Source: Perna viridis
Taxonomy: Eukaryota
Length of the DNA stretch: 64,000 bases
Direction of reading: 5' to 3'
Assembly: GCA_037379345.1 (NCBI GenBank)
Contig: CM074512.1
Coordinates: forward strand, 66,051,597 to 66,115,596
Shown here piece by piece: positions 47,886 through 62,500 of the stretch (within the stretch, counting starts at the first letter, position 1; each line of letters begins with the position of its first letter). The position numbers and the translations under genes are program-made. Below the pieces are notes generated by a model. It ran no database searches, was not told the origin of the DNA, and was given only the letters and a program-made list of their open reading frames with translations.

Positions 47886-50800
47886 CAAATTCAAGAGTCT
47901 ACTTCGTGAATTAATTTTTTTATTTATTTATTTTTACTATTTCAGGGCTTAAGAGCATATCAAGTCTGTTTATGCTACTCTTTTGCAATCCATATTTTAT
48001 GGCCATGTTAAAAAAAATGGTTTCTTAATTTTTTAACACAGGTAATATGGACAGCTCAGGTCTTATAACCCACCCCCTCCCCCCAGACAAAAGCCCCATC
48101 TTATAATGTGCTTGAAATGTAATAGCATATTTTTGGTGGACAAAGAATTTTGATGAAATTTTATAGGAATTTTAAGCATATTATACTTAAAATTTCTATA
48201 AAATTTCATCAAAATTCTTTGATCATTAAAGGATGATTTTTGCTTACAAGAAAGGTCAAGACAGACAGACAGACAGACAGTGTGTTTCCTATATACCTTC
48301 CACAAACTTTGTATGAGAGTTCTTGACTGAATCAAAATGTATTTTTCATTCCTTTGTGACATTAAAATTGATATTTTAAGTTTCATTTGCAGTTTTTTAA
48401 ATTATAAAATACTCACAAGAGAAAAATACCAATACCAGCATCAAAAGTCTGTGGGTAATTACTACACTAAGAGGAAACAATCTGACTCTAATGCATCCAA
48501 TACTGCTAGGCCTGAACTCCTATGGAAAAAATACAAGATTCCACAAAGTTTGAAGAAAAATGTTTCTATGAATAATTATTTCACTGGACAAAAAAAATCT
48601 TCTTTTTAATTAATAATCTAATTACTAATTTGATTACTCTCTCTCCTACACATCTTTCGTCATTACCAAGGAATGCCGTCGTGACTGAGTAACAAATTTT
48701 ACATATGATATTCTGACGCAATGTTAATTAGATTAGTCTCCCCTTGATGACTAATGCACCTGAAAAACAGCAGTTTTAAGTAAAATCAAACAAGTTTAAG
48801 CTTATTTTATCAAATAAATTTTTATTTTGGAAATTGTGTTGTTAGTGTTGACTAATTTAATATGCTAAATTGTCAGTAAATTGGGGTTTTTTTTCACAAA
48901 ACATTTTTTTTAACATAAAAACCTGGTGTGTTGAAGTATTCAATTTTCCTCCAAATCTTGCAAGGACAGTGATTGGGAATAGAGGGGCATTTGCTTTTAT
49001 CACATTGCTGCTGAAAATGTCCCATTAAAATCAGAAATTTATACAAAGAATGTTCATGAAAGGCCCATTAAAATTCTGAAGATCACTAAAATTGGCCCAT
49101 TCTCAAAATTTTAATCCTGACCACTGCAAAGGAAGAACTAATGTATGTAGGCAACCATTTTTTTTTTAACCACAAATTTAACTTCTTAACAAAATGTTAA
49201 AAACTGAAACTATATCATAGTCTAATGAAATCCATAATTTCAGGAAAAAAAGTGTATATAGGGAGAGGGGGCTTTGGAAAACATATCTTTATAATGTATG
49301 GATGGGGGTATTTCAAAGCATACATAATAATACTTTATAATGAACATTTAATTTAAATTCTATGAGTGGTGGGGTGCAACTAAATGTGTCGTCCAACCCT
49401 CCCATACACTTTTTCTTGGAATAACCCAGAACCATAAAAATTGAGACCAACAAATAAAAGAACTTTTACAGGATGTAAAATAATACCTAGTGCTTACTGG
49501 TTTACAGCATCATCTTTTGAATCTTAATTACAATAACTCTGCTGCTGGAAAGCAGTCTGCAACAGAAAAGAACAAACAGAGTAAGAAACTATGTTCAATT
49601 TCAAACTGTTTGTTTAGTAGTTGGTGTCTATTTCAAAGGTATTATTTACTGAAAAGCAGAAAATATACATCACAAGTTCAAATTCTAAAATAAGCCATTT
49701 ATCCCTTGTTTGTAAATTTTTCCTTTGTTCCTTTGACTAACAATCCTATAACATTTAAACAAAATCCCATGAGCAGTTTCTGAGAAATTGTGTCCACCAA
49801 GTATTCCTGTAGTGTAGAATGTACAAATTAAATGAAGTCCCATATCTCCTGTAAAATTTGTCAAATCAAAATGACTCCGTCATATGATCAACTACAAATG
49901 TTGACTAACAATCCTACAAAATTTGAACAAAATCCATCAAGCGGTTTCAGATAAGTTGCATCAACAAATGTGACGGGAAAGATGGACACACACCAGTACT
50001 TCTATGACCCCTTCTGCAAAGCAGCTGGGAACAAAAATTTATGAGCAATACCATTTTCATTCTAATCAAATATCGTTGATATGAAATCCAAAGTTTTTGT
50101 AATGAAATTTGTTACTTTATACTAGCCAAGCTTTTTTTATTTTTCAAATACACATATCATATGATAAAAGTGTCAACGAGTAATTAAGCATCAATCTTTC
50201 TAAAAACCAGACAGAAGGCGATTCATGCATGTTAAAAACCCATCAAATTCAATTTTATTTCTTGTTCAGAAACAGTTACTGATCACATAACCAGTCTTAG
50301 TTTTTCAATTGGTTGTTGCACTTTTGAGATAAAAATTATACAGATTGTTCATAAAATTTGCACTTTGCAAGAATTATCGTTCTTGATTTGGCTTCGTTTT
50401 GTTGACTTTAGTAGGAGATGAATGTACAATTTTCTAAAAAGTGCAAATCTGAATGCAGAAAAGATTGTTGTTATGTGAAAGTATAGCATATGTAGACTAA
50501 ATATGCATTGTTTGTTTGATGGGTTTTTCTTCACCATGAATCACTTTACCAGTGGCAGTGTCTGAATTTTATATGGACTGGTACTTAAATAAGCCATGCT
50601 AGACATTGTAAAACAAGTTTTAATCATTGTTTCAAATACATTAATTGATCAGCTTATCCACTAATTAGTTGACTTTAAGAAAACAATTAATTTTATACCA
50701 GGAGACTGTCTGCAAACCTCGAGTCATCCTAGATTTTGAGTTTGGGTCAACCTAGGCAATATTGTATTAGAATAAGGGTAACTTAGCTGTCAATTTTTTC

Positions 50801-51133
50801 TGACACTAAGATGTCACAACTCTGTAAAAATTTACTGAAGAAACACCAACTGACAAAGATTTATAGAAGGAACTGTAAAAGGAAACTGAAGAAGGTCTGT
50901 GGCCAAAACATGTTTTCAAGAGGTTGAAAAAAGATAATGATTTACCACAAGCGTTCCTTGAGGAATTCAAATACAATAATATATTCAAAGTTATTCAATA
51001 CATCAACTCTTCCAAGTTCAACACATCCAGAATTGACTGTATCATTCAAAAGGCTTAAACCAGATAAAAAGTCAGCTATCAGCTAATATATTTCTTAAAA
51101 GTGCTTTATACATCAATTGAGACTTCTTTGTTG

Positions 51134-51136
<3 letters not shown>

Positions 51137-51177
<41 letters not shown>
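51137..51177. repeat. (TTA)n microsatellite, about 13 units
   Basis: Perfect run visible. Confidence 0.95.
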
Positions 51178-52575
51178 GGTCTATCCTTGTCACCATATAA
51201 TGTTAAGGCAAAATCAAAACAAATTAATATTCAATCTTTTTCCCCATTTTTTCTGTATTCAGATTTTATAATAATACTACTTTTCCTGTCACTTCAAGAG
51301 CTGTTTTGATCTTATTGGTGGGTACAACAACATAAACAAAACACAGCCTATTAGCAATGGTAGTATTATTCTAAGATGATTTTACGAAGTCAACAAAGCG
51401 GAAATTGGCAAAAATGGAAGTAAATATACAGTAAAAAAAGAATTGTAACAGTAAAATCCAGATTTGAAATAACAGAAACCTGCTAAAAAAAACGGAAGAA
51501 AATCATCCCTGATATTACTGTAATACACATCTTTCTATTAATCTTTAGAAATTCAAAGACTTTGACTTAAGGGAAAAAATATTAATCTATCTACAAATCA
51601 CTTTTGAGCACTTGGGTCATCGCATTTTTAAGTCTGGCCTAAGCTTTGGAAGAGTGTTGCCCTCATCATGTAGGTACTCCAACAGAAAAAATAAAGTCTG
51701 AAATTCAATGACTTTTGTGTGCAACATGATAACAGTTAGCATCAAAAGTAAGAAAAAGTTTTTTTCTTTAATTTCTTCATATTTAAAGAAACATAACAAA
51801 ATTTATAATTGCTTAATTTACCAAATTTTGTGATTTCTTTTTACCCTGACTTATTTAAAAAAACAAAAACTAATGAGAGTAAACGGAATAACTGGATACA
51901 AACACATTCACATCTGGAGTAACAACAACATAGTAATTACCTACAAAAATGAAGAAATTGTCTGTTTTGCACAAAATTCAAATAGTCATGCATCTATGCA
52001 CATTAATAAATTCATTTGAAACTTGAAATAAAGCAAGTGTAGCCTCCAAATTACAAATGGCACATACTGAGCACCAGATAATCATTCTCAACTTGTTCAA
52101 TGAAAATTGCCAAATTATCAAATTTTCTGTTCATAAAACTTTGTAAGGGTTGCTCTGACATGTCTATACAGTGACAACCAGATCTGATTCTATGAGGTGA
52201 AAAAAAATGGGTTCCAGCAAAATTACAAGTAAATAAGCAATTAAAACTAAAGAATAACTGAAGTAAATATGGCTGAAAAAAAAGAATAATTCTGTTTTAC
52301 ATTTAAGAAAATAATGTTTGATGGAACACTTGGATCCATTTTTTTTCTTTTAACTGTTGAAAGTATAATTATTCAAGATTAGTCTCCCCTTGATTGATGT
52401 TCACAAACCAATCCTAAAGTTTCTACAATCAAGAATAACCAAACTTTTCATGTTTTTTTCAAGATTTAAAAAAAGAAAATAAACTATTACTCTTAAAATA
52501 TTGACTTATTACTCTGATACATATATTTACAATGCAAAATGTGGCATTCAGTTTTAAATGTAAGAACTGTTAAAA

Positions 52576-52806
52576 AAGAATAATCAAGGGAACCAAGGTT
52601 ATAGGAGTAATCAAAAGAATGCAATCCAGGGACAAAGACCAGACTTGGAAAACAGACCTACACAACAAAGAACATAAAGTAACTAAAATCATACATACAA
52701 AGTAACAAAAGCAAAGGAGCAACTCGGACTCCACTAAAAACTGGGAGCATGGACCAGGTGCACCGGTAGGGTAAGCATCTTCTGCTTTTCTAGAAACAGC
52801 CACGGA
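52576..52806 (-). mobile_element. Family R1 copy
   Basis: Near-consensus copy; source of spurious ORF 52570-52803. Confidence 0.9.
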
Positions 52807-53892
52807 GTAAACAAGTAAACAACAGTTTCTATAGTTGGTGCATCAATTAAATTCTTATTTGGTATGGTTTATGTTTGTAAGACGAAACTTAGGTTGAAAA
52901 AAAAATGATTGAAATATTTTAAAATATGAGTTAGTCTCGTAAAATTAATTATCAACATAAGTGGTACTGAGGAGAGCAAAAAAGAAGATAGTCTTGAAGG
53001 ATTGGAAACTTTTTCTTTTCATTTAATTAAGAATAAAGAAAATTTATTCAAGGTTTTAAACAGAAAATTGTTAACAAACTTCCAGAAAGAATACCATCCC
53101 TTTTCCAACCAAAGAAACCATGTGGTCAATTTAGAAACAAACAGTCGACAAACAGGAAGCTGATGTAGATTAATCCTAAACCAAATCCCGAAATATAGCA
53201 TACTATACCAAGTGGCAGTGATAGGTAGTTTCAGAGAAAACTATTACGAGAACTAGTCAAACAATAGTCAAAATATAAGCAACACTGTCAAACAGGAAGT
53301 TGATGTAGCTGAAGTCTAAAACCAAATCCAGCAAAATGGTAGCCCTAAATAAACCTCATGTCAAAATACATTTGCAGAGAAAACTGTCATGAAAAAGATA
53401 CAGATGGACAGACAGAAGAATGGACAGATGGACACCATGATTACTATACACAGCCAAATGTGCCACACATGAAAATCATATGGTTTGTAATTGTTACACA
53501 TAATTATCATATGAATCAAGCACCATATAATTATCATGTGGCACATTTGGCTGTGCTACCTTCTATTTTAAAAGCAGGGGTATGAAAATTTTATTTTTTT
53601 TTTGTGTTTGGACAGTGTATTTAATGACGCAGAGGACAACAACAATAACAAGGCTATGGTGCTATCGTTGTTGTTCTCTGCACCATTAAACATTATACAA
53701 AATCAATATTTTTTTTTTTTGGGGGGGGGGGGGGAGTGTGGTTTGTAGAAAAAGGTTAAAAAAAAAAAAGTTAAAAAAAATACTGTCAGCTTGCCTATAT
53801 TTCATGTTTGTTATATAGCTTACCATTCCAACATCAACATTCTCTGTTCAAGGTTTAGTCCATCTTCATTACTTAAGTACTCCTCCGTCTAA

Positions 53893-54244
53893 GAATCAGG
53901 CAAAATGTGTATAAGGTGTGGCACATGAATAAAAAATACACAGAGATTCTATTGCATTATCCAAGTATTTATACCTCATAACCCCAAGAAATTACTGTCA
54001 AAGTGTTTGTAAAGTTTGCCTTTTAAAAATATTGATAGGTCAAATTTTGTTGAAATGCAATATGGAAAAATGGTGGGAAAATTTTCCCACACTTTCTTCT
54101 TATATAAGCAATCAAAAAATATCTATGTGACAGATGCTTCAGGATAAATTTAAATAGCTGTTCAGTTGCTTTCTAGATGTACTGAATATATTTAAGGCAA
54201 AAAAGACCAAACATAAAATTATGATGTGCCACCCATTGCCTGAT
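53893..54244. mobile_element. MITE-like element (related fragments at 18080-18170 and 41140-41165)
   Basis: AATCAGGCAA...GGTGTGGCACA versus TGTGCCACCCATTGCCTGATT; internal ATTGCATTATCCAAGTATTTATAC shared with 18120. Confidence 0.55.
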
Positions 54245-56157
54245 TTTTACACAGAATGGTATTTAATGCCTTGCATGAACTTTGATGTCAACAATGTGTA
54301 TGCAACATTAAGTCGATTATAAGAAGGCCCTGGAGTAGTTCTGTTCCTGGAAGTATATACATAGTAAAATTATTTCATGGACAAATAAATAATAGCATTT
54401 TAAATATAATATACAGTAATATAGGATTATTGCATATATATTGCAGAATTTATTCAAAATAGTATATTTTATTGCACAAGCTTGTAAATGCAATAGACAT
54501 ATACTGCAAGGTATAATATTTACCAATATTCATGCAATAACCCTTTTACTGTACAACAAACATTTTTGTTATAGACAACACCATAAATTTGAAGCTATAT
54601 CTGCACTAATGCATTATGGGATTCAGCTGTACACTTTACTTTCATCACTTTCTGTGGTACATGTATATATTTTTTGTGCTATACAATGACAGTAATTTAT
54701 CAAAACTTGTTGTGTTCTTCTGCCGTATAAAAAGACATTTCATTTACATTTTCACTTAAATTGCCAGAAAATATCAAATTTATTTGGCAAGCTTTAGGAA
54801 CAGACAGATTACGAGGGTTTCCTGAGCTAATCCGACTGTTTTGAAGCGAGTACAAATAAATATATTGATATTTTCTGCAATGTTCATGTATTGTTTTTAT
54901 CCTGCAAACACATTTTGGAAATAAAACATGCAAAATTTGTCTATAAAAATATTTTTTTCCAGCAATATTTTGAGCACTGTTGTCAGTGAGGGCACCTCTG
55001 AACTTGTTACCCGTTTCCTGTTTTTGACCTTGCTCATAACTGAAAAGGTAACCATGAATCATCTCCACCATTGGCAGTGTCTGAATTTTATATGCATTGG
55101 TACTTAAATATTTGTGATATCATAAATCTTGAGACATAGATAGAAGTGACAATCATTTTATGAATTTTCCCGAACTTTGTTATTTTCCGGTTTTTTTTAA
55201 TTAGGGCCAGATTTCTTATCACCTTAAGGTTCACAAAAGAATCTAATATTGTTTGGCAAATGTGTTTCATAAAATAATATTATATTACTTTCTTTGAAAC
55301 ATACATTCTGACTTTGAGCAAATTCAAATTAATTAAGATTAGTCTCCCCTTGATGTAAACACAAAAACCAAAAAAAAAACAAAAACAAAAATACATATTC
55401 AAAACATTCTATTTTGTTCAAATATTTTTGGTCTTTCAAAACATTTCTCCCACTTTTCTGGGCCAAACACACAACATGGTATCCATTTTGTATGCATCAA
55501 ATGTAATATCATCAAATATTAAGTTGGAGGGTGGAGAAGTTCACATCATTGCATTAACAAAATCATGTAATGTAATTTTCAACATCATATTAGCCTTTAA
55601 ATTTTTGGTAAAAATAAACTCATGTGTCTGATAGTCTCTTAGATACCATGAAAATTTACTTCATCCCAAGATACCATGTAGATGGCATCAGTATTCCTGT
55701 TGAAAACCAGTAGCGATACATCACAATACAACCACATTCTCCTGATAGGTAGATGAGCAATAAAACAGCCATAAAACTGTTTCGGTTGGTAATCTATACA
55801 AAAAAAATAATAGAATGCTGACCAATAATTATGTGTTGGGTCAATTTCATTAAACAACGAAGTTTTTAGATGTAACTCCATAGTGTTACAAACTTAGTAG
55901 AAAACATCACAGTTCTGTGTTTATCATTATTTTAAAAAAAAAACTAAATAAAACTTTAATACTGGCTGATCTAAGTACTTGCAATAGATTTGAGAAATAA
56001 ACTTTTTGTAGTGGCTGTGCACAATATACAGACGCTGTACAAAATTAATTGACCATGTTAAACAATGAAGCCATTTAGTAGCTTAAATCAGTCTGTGAAA
56101 TTACAAACAGACACATAGACTATTTCAATAACATATCAATAACTTTTATTAATTCCA

Positions 56158-56369
56158 TTACTACCCAGTTCCTCCTCCTGACGCCCCCTCTGTTTACCTT
56201 ACTACCCAGTTCCTCTTCCTGATGTCCCCTTCTGTTTTTCTTACGACCCAGTTCCTCTTCATGATGCCCCCTCTGATTTTCTTACGACACAGTTCCTCCT
56301 CCTGATGTCCCCTCTGTTTTCGTTACTACCCAGTTCCTCTTCCCGATGTCCCCCTCTGTTTTCCTTACT
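56158..56369. repeat. 41-42-bp pyrimidine-rich minisatellite, 5 copies
   Basis: Unit TTACTACCCAGTTCCTCTTCCTGATGTCCCCCTCTGTTTTC starting at 56158, 56199, 56241, 56282, 56323. Confidence 0.95.
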
Positions 56370-56500
56370 GCCAACATCATCTCACTGATGTCATGATCAG
56401 GTGCTTGCCTAAAAAATAGAACAATAGAAAACCATAATTAATTGTACAGACAAACGTAAAATACACCAGTTGATTTAACAAAAGTCAGAAGTAAAAAACT

Positions 56501-59500
56501 TTTGATAGTAATGATGTCACAATGCTTTTTTTCTCTAAACATGACTTATTCAACTTAAATAATCCATTACAACTGGTATTCTTTCACTCATACAGGAAAT
56601 TATCTTCAATCTGGTGCTCAATTTATGGAAGGACAAAATGTCTCACACTAGCAGAAGAAATCCAAGACAGTAGCCTTTTTTAGATGTATCAAATCTTGCA
56701 GAATTTGCATGATTCTTACAAGGACTGCTACTTTAGTTTTTATATGTAATATATATTGTGGTAATGACATGAAATAGCCGTTATTTGCAAGATTTAGCAT
56801 CAAGTTCAAACAAATGCATGTTTACTTTTGAACTTAGATACTACATATAGTTTTAAATCTCTTTGGCAATTTTTAAAAGTATTTTAAAAATTTGATCTTA
56901 CAAAAATCCACTTACAGTTTTACACAGGAAACAAGAGCTAGTAATGTTAAAGTTTACCTACTCATTACACTTATAAAACTGATGTCAGATAGCATGTGAA
57001 AGAAACTTTGTGTTGAAATAATAATTATCTAAGGATGGAAGATAAGAGTTAGTGATACAGTGTAGCAGGAACATTTTCCACTCTTGAGTGCCTTATAGCC
57101 ATTTAGGATCATTTACCATTAAATATAGATTGTTTCCCCATTAATTCAATATCAAATGTTATCGAAAAATACAATATTTTCTTGACCTACCTACCCTATT
57201 TTTTCTTGGCTAGGAGAAGGAAATGAGACTTTTTTTACCTTAGGGAACTTATCAGATATCTGTTAGATAACTGTTTCCTTATCCTTTGAAATTTATCTTT
57301 TTTTGTCAAGTCTGTACCAGTAAATACATGTATTGTGTGCAAAATCCCTTAGAACAAAATTTGCAAAACCATTAACAGATAATTGCAGGAAAACAGTTTG
57401 TCTTCAAAATTCTAATCTTTTTTTTGTGAGCTCATACTAGACAATACTGGTTATGTGGGCCATAATAGACCCTACAATAAACTTAAGTAGAAACCACACA
57501 ACTAAAACAAGGTAGTTTACTTTACCAAAATATCAGCCGTCCATGTTTATTACATGTAGGTCTGCTTTTCTTTGGTTTTGGAAAAAGGAAATCTTTGATA
57601 AAATTGGGTGTTTGGTATAAAATTTAGGAAAATGCTCAAGTTTTTATGTTGATATTGTTCTTTTTATATGATAATACATGTATATAAGATATGTCCTTTG
57701 CTGAATATTTCATCAGCCTATGTATAATTTTTTCCTAACAAAATTTCAAGTTAAATTCTAAGTAAAATTTTCACAACTGTTATTTGTGTTTTTTTTTTGT
57801 AAATCGACCCATGTCCCAGAATGAGGATAACATAAATGTACAGTTATTGTAATAATTGATTTTATGTAGACAAATGACCATTTTGATAAGTTATGTATCT
57901 CAATTTCCCTTAATATCCTTCATTATTTTGGCACACAGCTTTGAGTGATTGGTCCTTGAGGTCACATGACCTGGTGAAGATACTCGTCCAGCATCTAATT
58001 AATTATTCAAGATTTTAGAAAAATAACCACTGACCTTAATTGATTTTTCCTCCCACCTACCTCTTTAACTCCATATGGAATACATTCCCTAATTTAGTAA
58101 AGAGTATATGTTAATACTCTAATATGGTTATAAAAAACTCACATTGAGGGAGACAGTTTCTTGAGAACTCTTACCTAATCTCATATAAGTTGTTCAACAG
58201 CTACATCTTCAAATTATTTGAAAATCATTAGTGACGTAGTACTCCTAACATGAGAAAGGTATAACCTGTAAAGTTAAACTTAAATATATAGATATATTTG
58301 AAATTCTTCATGTTGCTTTTCTAGACATCTTGACGGTTTTTGTCACTTCTTTATGCTTAGTGAGACCAGTATAGCTTAGTGTTCCTACTTTGGACTTTTT
58401 GGCCATAGCCTGAAAGGCCTACTCTTATTGCATGCCGAAAATGAAAAAAGGAACTGAATTTAAATAATTATTGAAGACTATATAATAACTCTTTTTCGTG
58501 AACATGATACAATAATACAGAACATTGTATGGGAAACTCCAAAAGATGTGAATTCCTGTCAGACTGAAATCAGGCGCTCAATGCTTCCAAGCTTTGACTT
58601 TATTTTGCTTTCAATACCATTATGAGGACTTAGTCCTCTATTAATCTATAAAATACTCAAATGTGTTAAACATAATCTTTTTTAGAAATAATATTTTCTT
58701 GAGGTTTTTGTTAAATAGTTCATTTCTTCTTTTTTCATACATTCGACAAGACCTTATACATGTCAATTAATGAAAGTCACATTGGACGGACCAAAGTAAA
58801 TTAAGACAAATATTATTCTTCAAAATCTGTTCAACAGTTTAGGAGTAGCTAGCATAAAGAAAATGACGTGACTAGACAAACATGGTGATTGCTTTATGTC
58901 CTTTTCGTTTTAGCAGGCACACAAGATGTTGCTTGATACTTTGTGCTAAGACTAATACTCTCAACCATTTCTGTATAAATGAGTAGTATGGTAAACAAGA
59001 AGAAGATAAGGAAGGAACCTGGAAAATGGAAACATGGTATAAGTCATCATGCAAAAGCAATACATTGAAAGTACACTAATTCGTGGATACTATATTTCGG
59101 GGATCAGAGAAGAAACACAAAATTGTAGATTCTTGAATTTGTGTTTTAAAGTTTTCAGTATACGAATCAATGGGAATCTACTATTCATTGGGAACCAAAT
59201 TTCGTGGTTTGACCTGCCCAGGAAAACCATGAAAATTGGTACCCCACTAACAATAGTACTTTCACAGTAGTCTGATTATCTAAGCATTCCCTTCAATAGA
59301 GAAATCTTTCACAGAAAAGTGATATAAACAGATGAACGGATAATATGATTGTTATATACCACAAATCGTTACATTTCTAAACTTTTGTTTGTTATGTGTT
59401 TGTACATTGGCCTGAATAGTAAAGTAAAATACTAAAGCAATTTGTAAAGAAAGTAATTAAAAAAATAATTTTCAATGTTCCAGGACAATAAGTTGGATAC

Positions 59501-62500
59501 CAAATTACACCCGCATCACTGTAACCATGACAACAAACAAAAGAAATCAATCCACTGCAAGCTGTGGAAATTTTCAGGATCAATACCACTGCTATCAAAT
59601 GTGCAGGATACAACAAAAACTTAAAATGACTATGTATTTCAATCAAGTATGCTTTTGATCTAATATTCCATTTTTTTTTTTTCAAACCAGCCATTTTATT
59701 TGCACCAACAAAACCAAATGGAAAATTATATTGAAGATTATGTTTAAGTAAAAGTAGTAAGTATGCCCTATCTATATAAAGCCAAATTGGAAATAATCTA
59801 CCCATTAGGGGTCAAGATAATTTAAACGAAATTTAGATGGACTATTCTAAACATTTGATAGTAATGATGTCACAATGCTTTTTTTCTCTAAACATGACTT
59901 ATTCAACTTAAATAATCCATTACAACTGGTATTCTTTCACTCATACAGGAAATTATCTTCAATCTGGTGCTCAATTTATGGAAGGACAAAATGTCTCACA
60001 CTAGCAGAAGAAATCCAAGACAGTAGCCTTTTTTAGATGTATCAAATCTTGCAGAATTTGCATGATTCTTACAAGGACTGCTACTTTAGTTTTTATATGT
60101 AATATATATTGTGGTAATGACATGAAATAGCCGTTATTTGCAAGATTTAGCATCAAGTTCAAACAAATGCATGTTTACTTTTGAACTTAGATACTACATA
60201 TAGTTTTAAATCTCTTTGGCAATTTTTAAAAGTATTTTAAAAGTTTGATCTTACAAAAATCCACTTACAGTTTTACACAGGAAACAAGAGCTAGTAATGT
60301 TAAAGTTTACCTACTCATTACACTTATAAAACTGATGTCAGATAGCATGTGAAAGAAACTTTGTGTTGAAATAATAATTATCTAAGGATGGAAGATAAGA
60401 GTTAGTGATACAGTGTAGCAGGAACATTTTCCACTCTTGAGTGCCTTATAGCCATTTAGGATCATTTACCATTAAATATAGATTGTTTCCCCATTAATTC
60501 AATATCAAATGTTATCGAAAAATACAATATTTTCTTGACCTACCTACCCTATTTTTTCTTGGCTAGGAGAAGGAAATGAGACTTTTTTTACCTTAGGGAA
60601 CTTATCAGATATCTGTTAGATAACTGTTTCCTTATCCTTTGAAATTTATCTTTTTTTGTCAAGTCTGTACCAGTAAATACATGTATTGTGTGCAAAATCC
60701 CTTAGAACAAAATTTGCAAAACCATTAACAGATAATTGCAGGAAAACAGTTTGTCTTCAAAATTCTAATCTTTTTTTTGTGAGCTCATACTAGACAATAC
60801 TGGTTATGTGGGCCATAATAGACCCTACAATAAACTTAAGTAGAAACCACACAACTAAAACAAGGTAGTTTACTTTACCAAAATATCAGCCGTCCATGTT
60901 TATTACATGTAGGTCTGCTTTTCTTTGGTTTTGGAAAAAGGAAATCTTTGATAAAATTGGGTGTTTGGTATAAAATTTAGGAAAATGCTCAAGTTTTTAT
61001 GTTGATATTGTTCTTTTTATATGATAATACATGTATATAAGATATGTCCTTTGCTGAATATTTCATCAGCCTATGTATAATTTTTTCCTAACAAAATTTC
61101 AAGTTAAATTCTAAGTAAAATTTTCACAACTGTTATTTGTGGTTTTTTTTTGTAAATCGACCCATGTCCCAGAATGAGGATAACATAAATGTACAGTTAT
61201 TGTAATAATTTATTTTATGTAGACAAATGACCATTTTGATAAGTTATGTATCTCAATTTCCCTTAATATCCTTCATTATTTTGGCACACAGCTTTGAGTG
61301 ATTGGTCCTTGAGGTCACATGACCTGGTGAAGATACTGTTCCAGCATCTAATTAATTATTCAAGATTTTAGAAAAATAACCACTGACCTTAATTGATTTT
61401 TCCTCCCACCTACCTCTTTAACTCCATATGGAATACATTCCCTAATTTAGTAAAGAGTATATGTTAATACTCTAATATGGTTATAAAAAACTCACATTGA
61501 GGGAGACAGTTTCTTGAGAACTTGAACCTAATCTAATATAAGTTGTTCAACAGCTACTTCTTCAAATTATTTGAAAATCATTAGTGACGTAGTACTCCTA
61601 ACATGAGAAAGGTATAACCTGTAAAGTTAAACTTAAATATATAGATATATTTGAAATTCTTCATGTTGCTTTTCTAGACATCTTGACGGTTTTTGTCACT
61701 TCTTTATGCTTAGTGAGACCAGTATAGCTTAGTGTTCCTACTTTGGACTTTTTGGCCATAGCCTGAAAGGCCTACTCTTATTGCATGCCGAAAATGAAAA
61801 AAGGAACTGAATTTAAATAATTATTGAAGACTATATAATAACTCTTTTTCGTGAACATGATACAATAAACAGAACATTGTATGGGAAACTCCAAAAGATG
61901 TGAATTCCTGTCAGACTCAAATCAGGCACTCAATGCTTCCAAGCTTTGACTTTATTTTGCTTTCAATACCATTATGAGGACTTAGTCCTCTATTAATCTA
62001 TAAAATACTCAAATGTGTTAAACATAATCTTTTTTAGAAATAATATTTTCTTGAGGTTTTTGTTAAATAGTTCATTTCTTCTTTTTTCATACATTCGACA
62101 AGACCTTATACATGTCAATTAATGAAAGTCACATTGGACGGACCAAAGTAAATTAAGACAAATATTATTCTTCAAAATCTGTTCAACAGTTTAGGAGTAG
62201 CTGGCATAAAGAAAATGACGTGACTAGACAAACATGGTGATTGCTTTATGTCCTTTTCGTTTTAGCAGGCACACAAGATGTTGCTTGATACTTTGTGCTA
62301 AGACTAATACTCTCAACCATTTCTGTATAAATGAGTAGTATGGTAAACAAGAAGAAGATAAGGAAGGAACCTGGAAAATGGAAACATGGTATAAGTCATC
62401 ATGCAAAAGCAATACATTGAAAGTACACTAATTCGTGGATACTATATTTCGGGGATCAGAGAAGAAACACAAAATTGTAGATTCTTGAATTTGTGTTTTA

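Noticed and set aside
54700-55881. Minus-strand ORFs of 123 aa and 80 aa as a protein-coding gene
   Set aside because: No recognisable motif and no phase-consistent exon chain could be built. Kept only as weak antisense-exon candidates.
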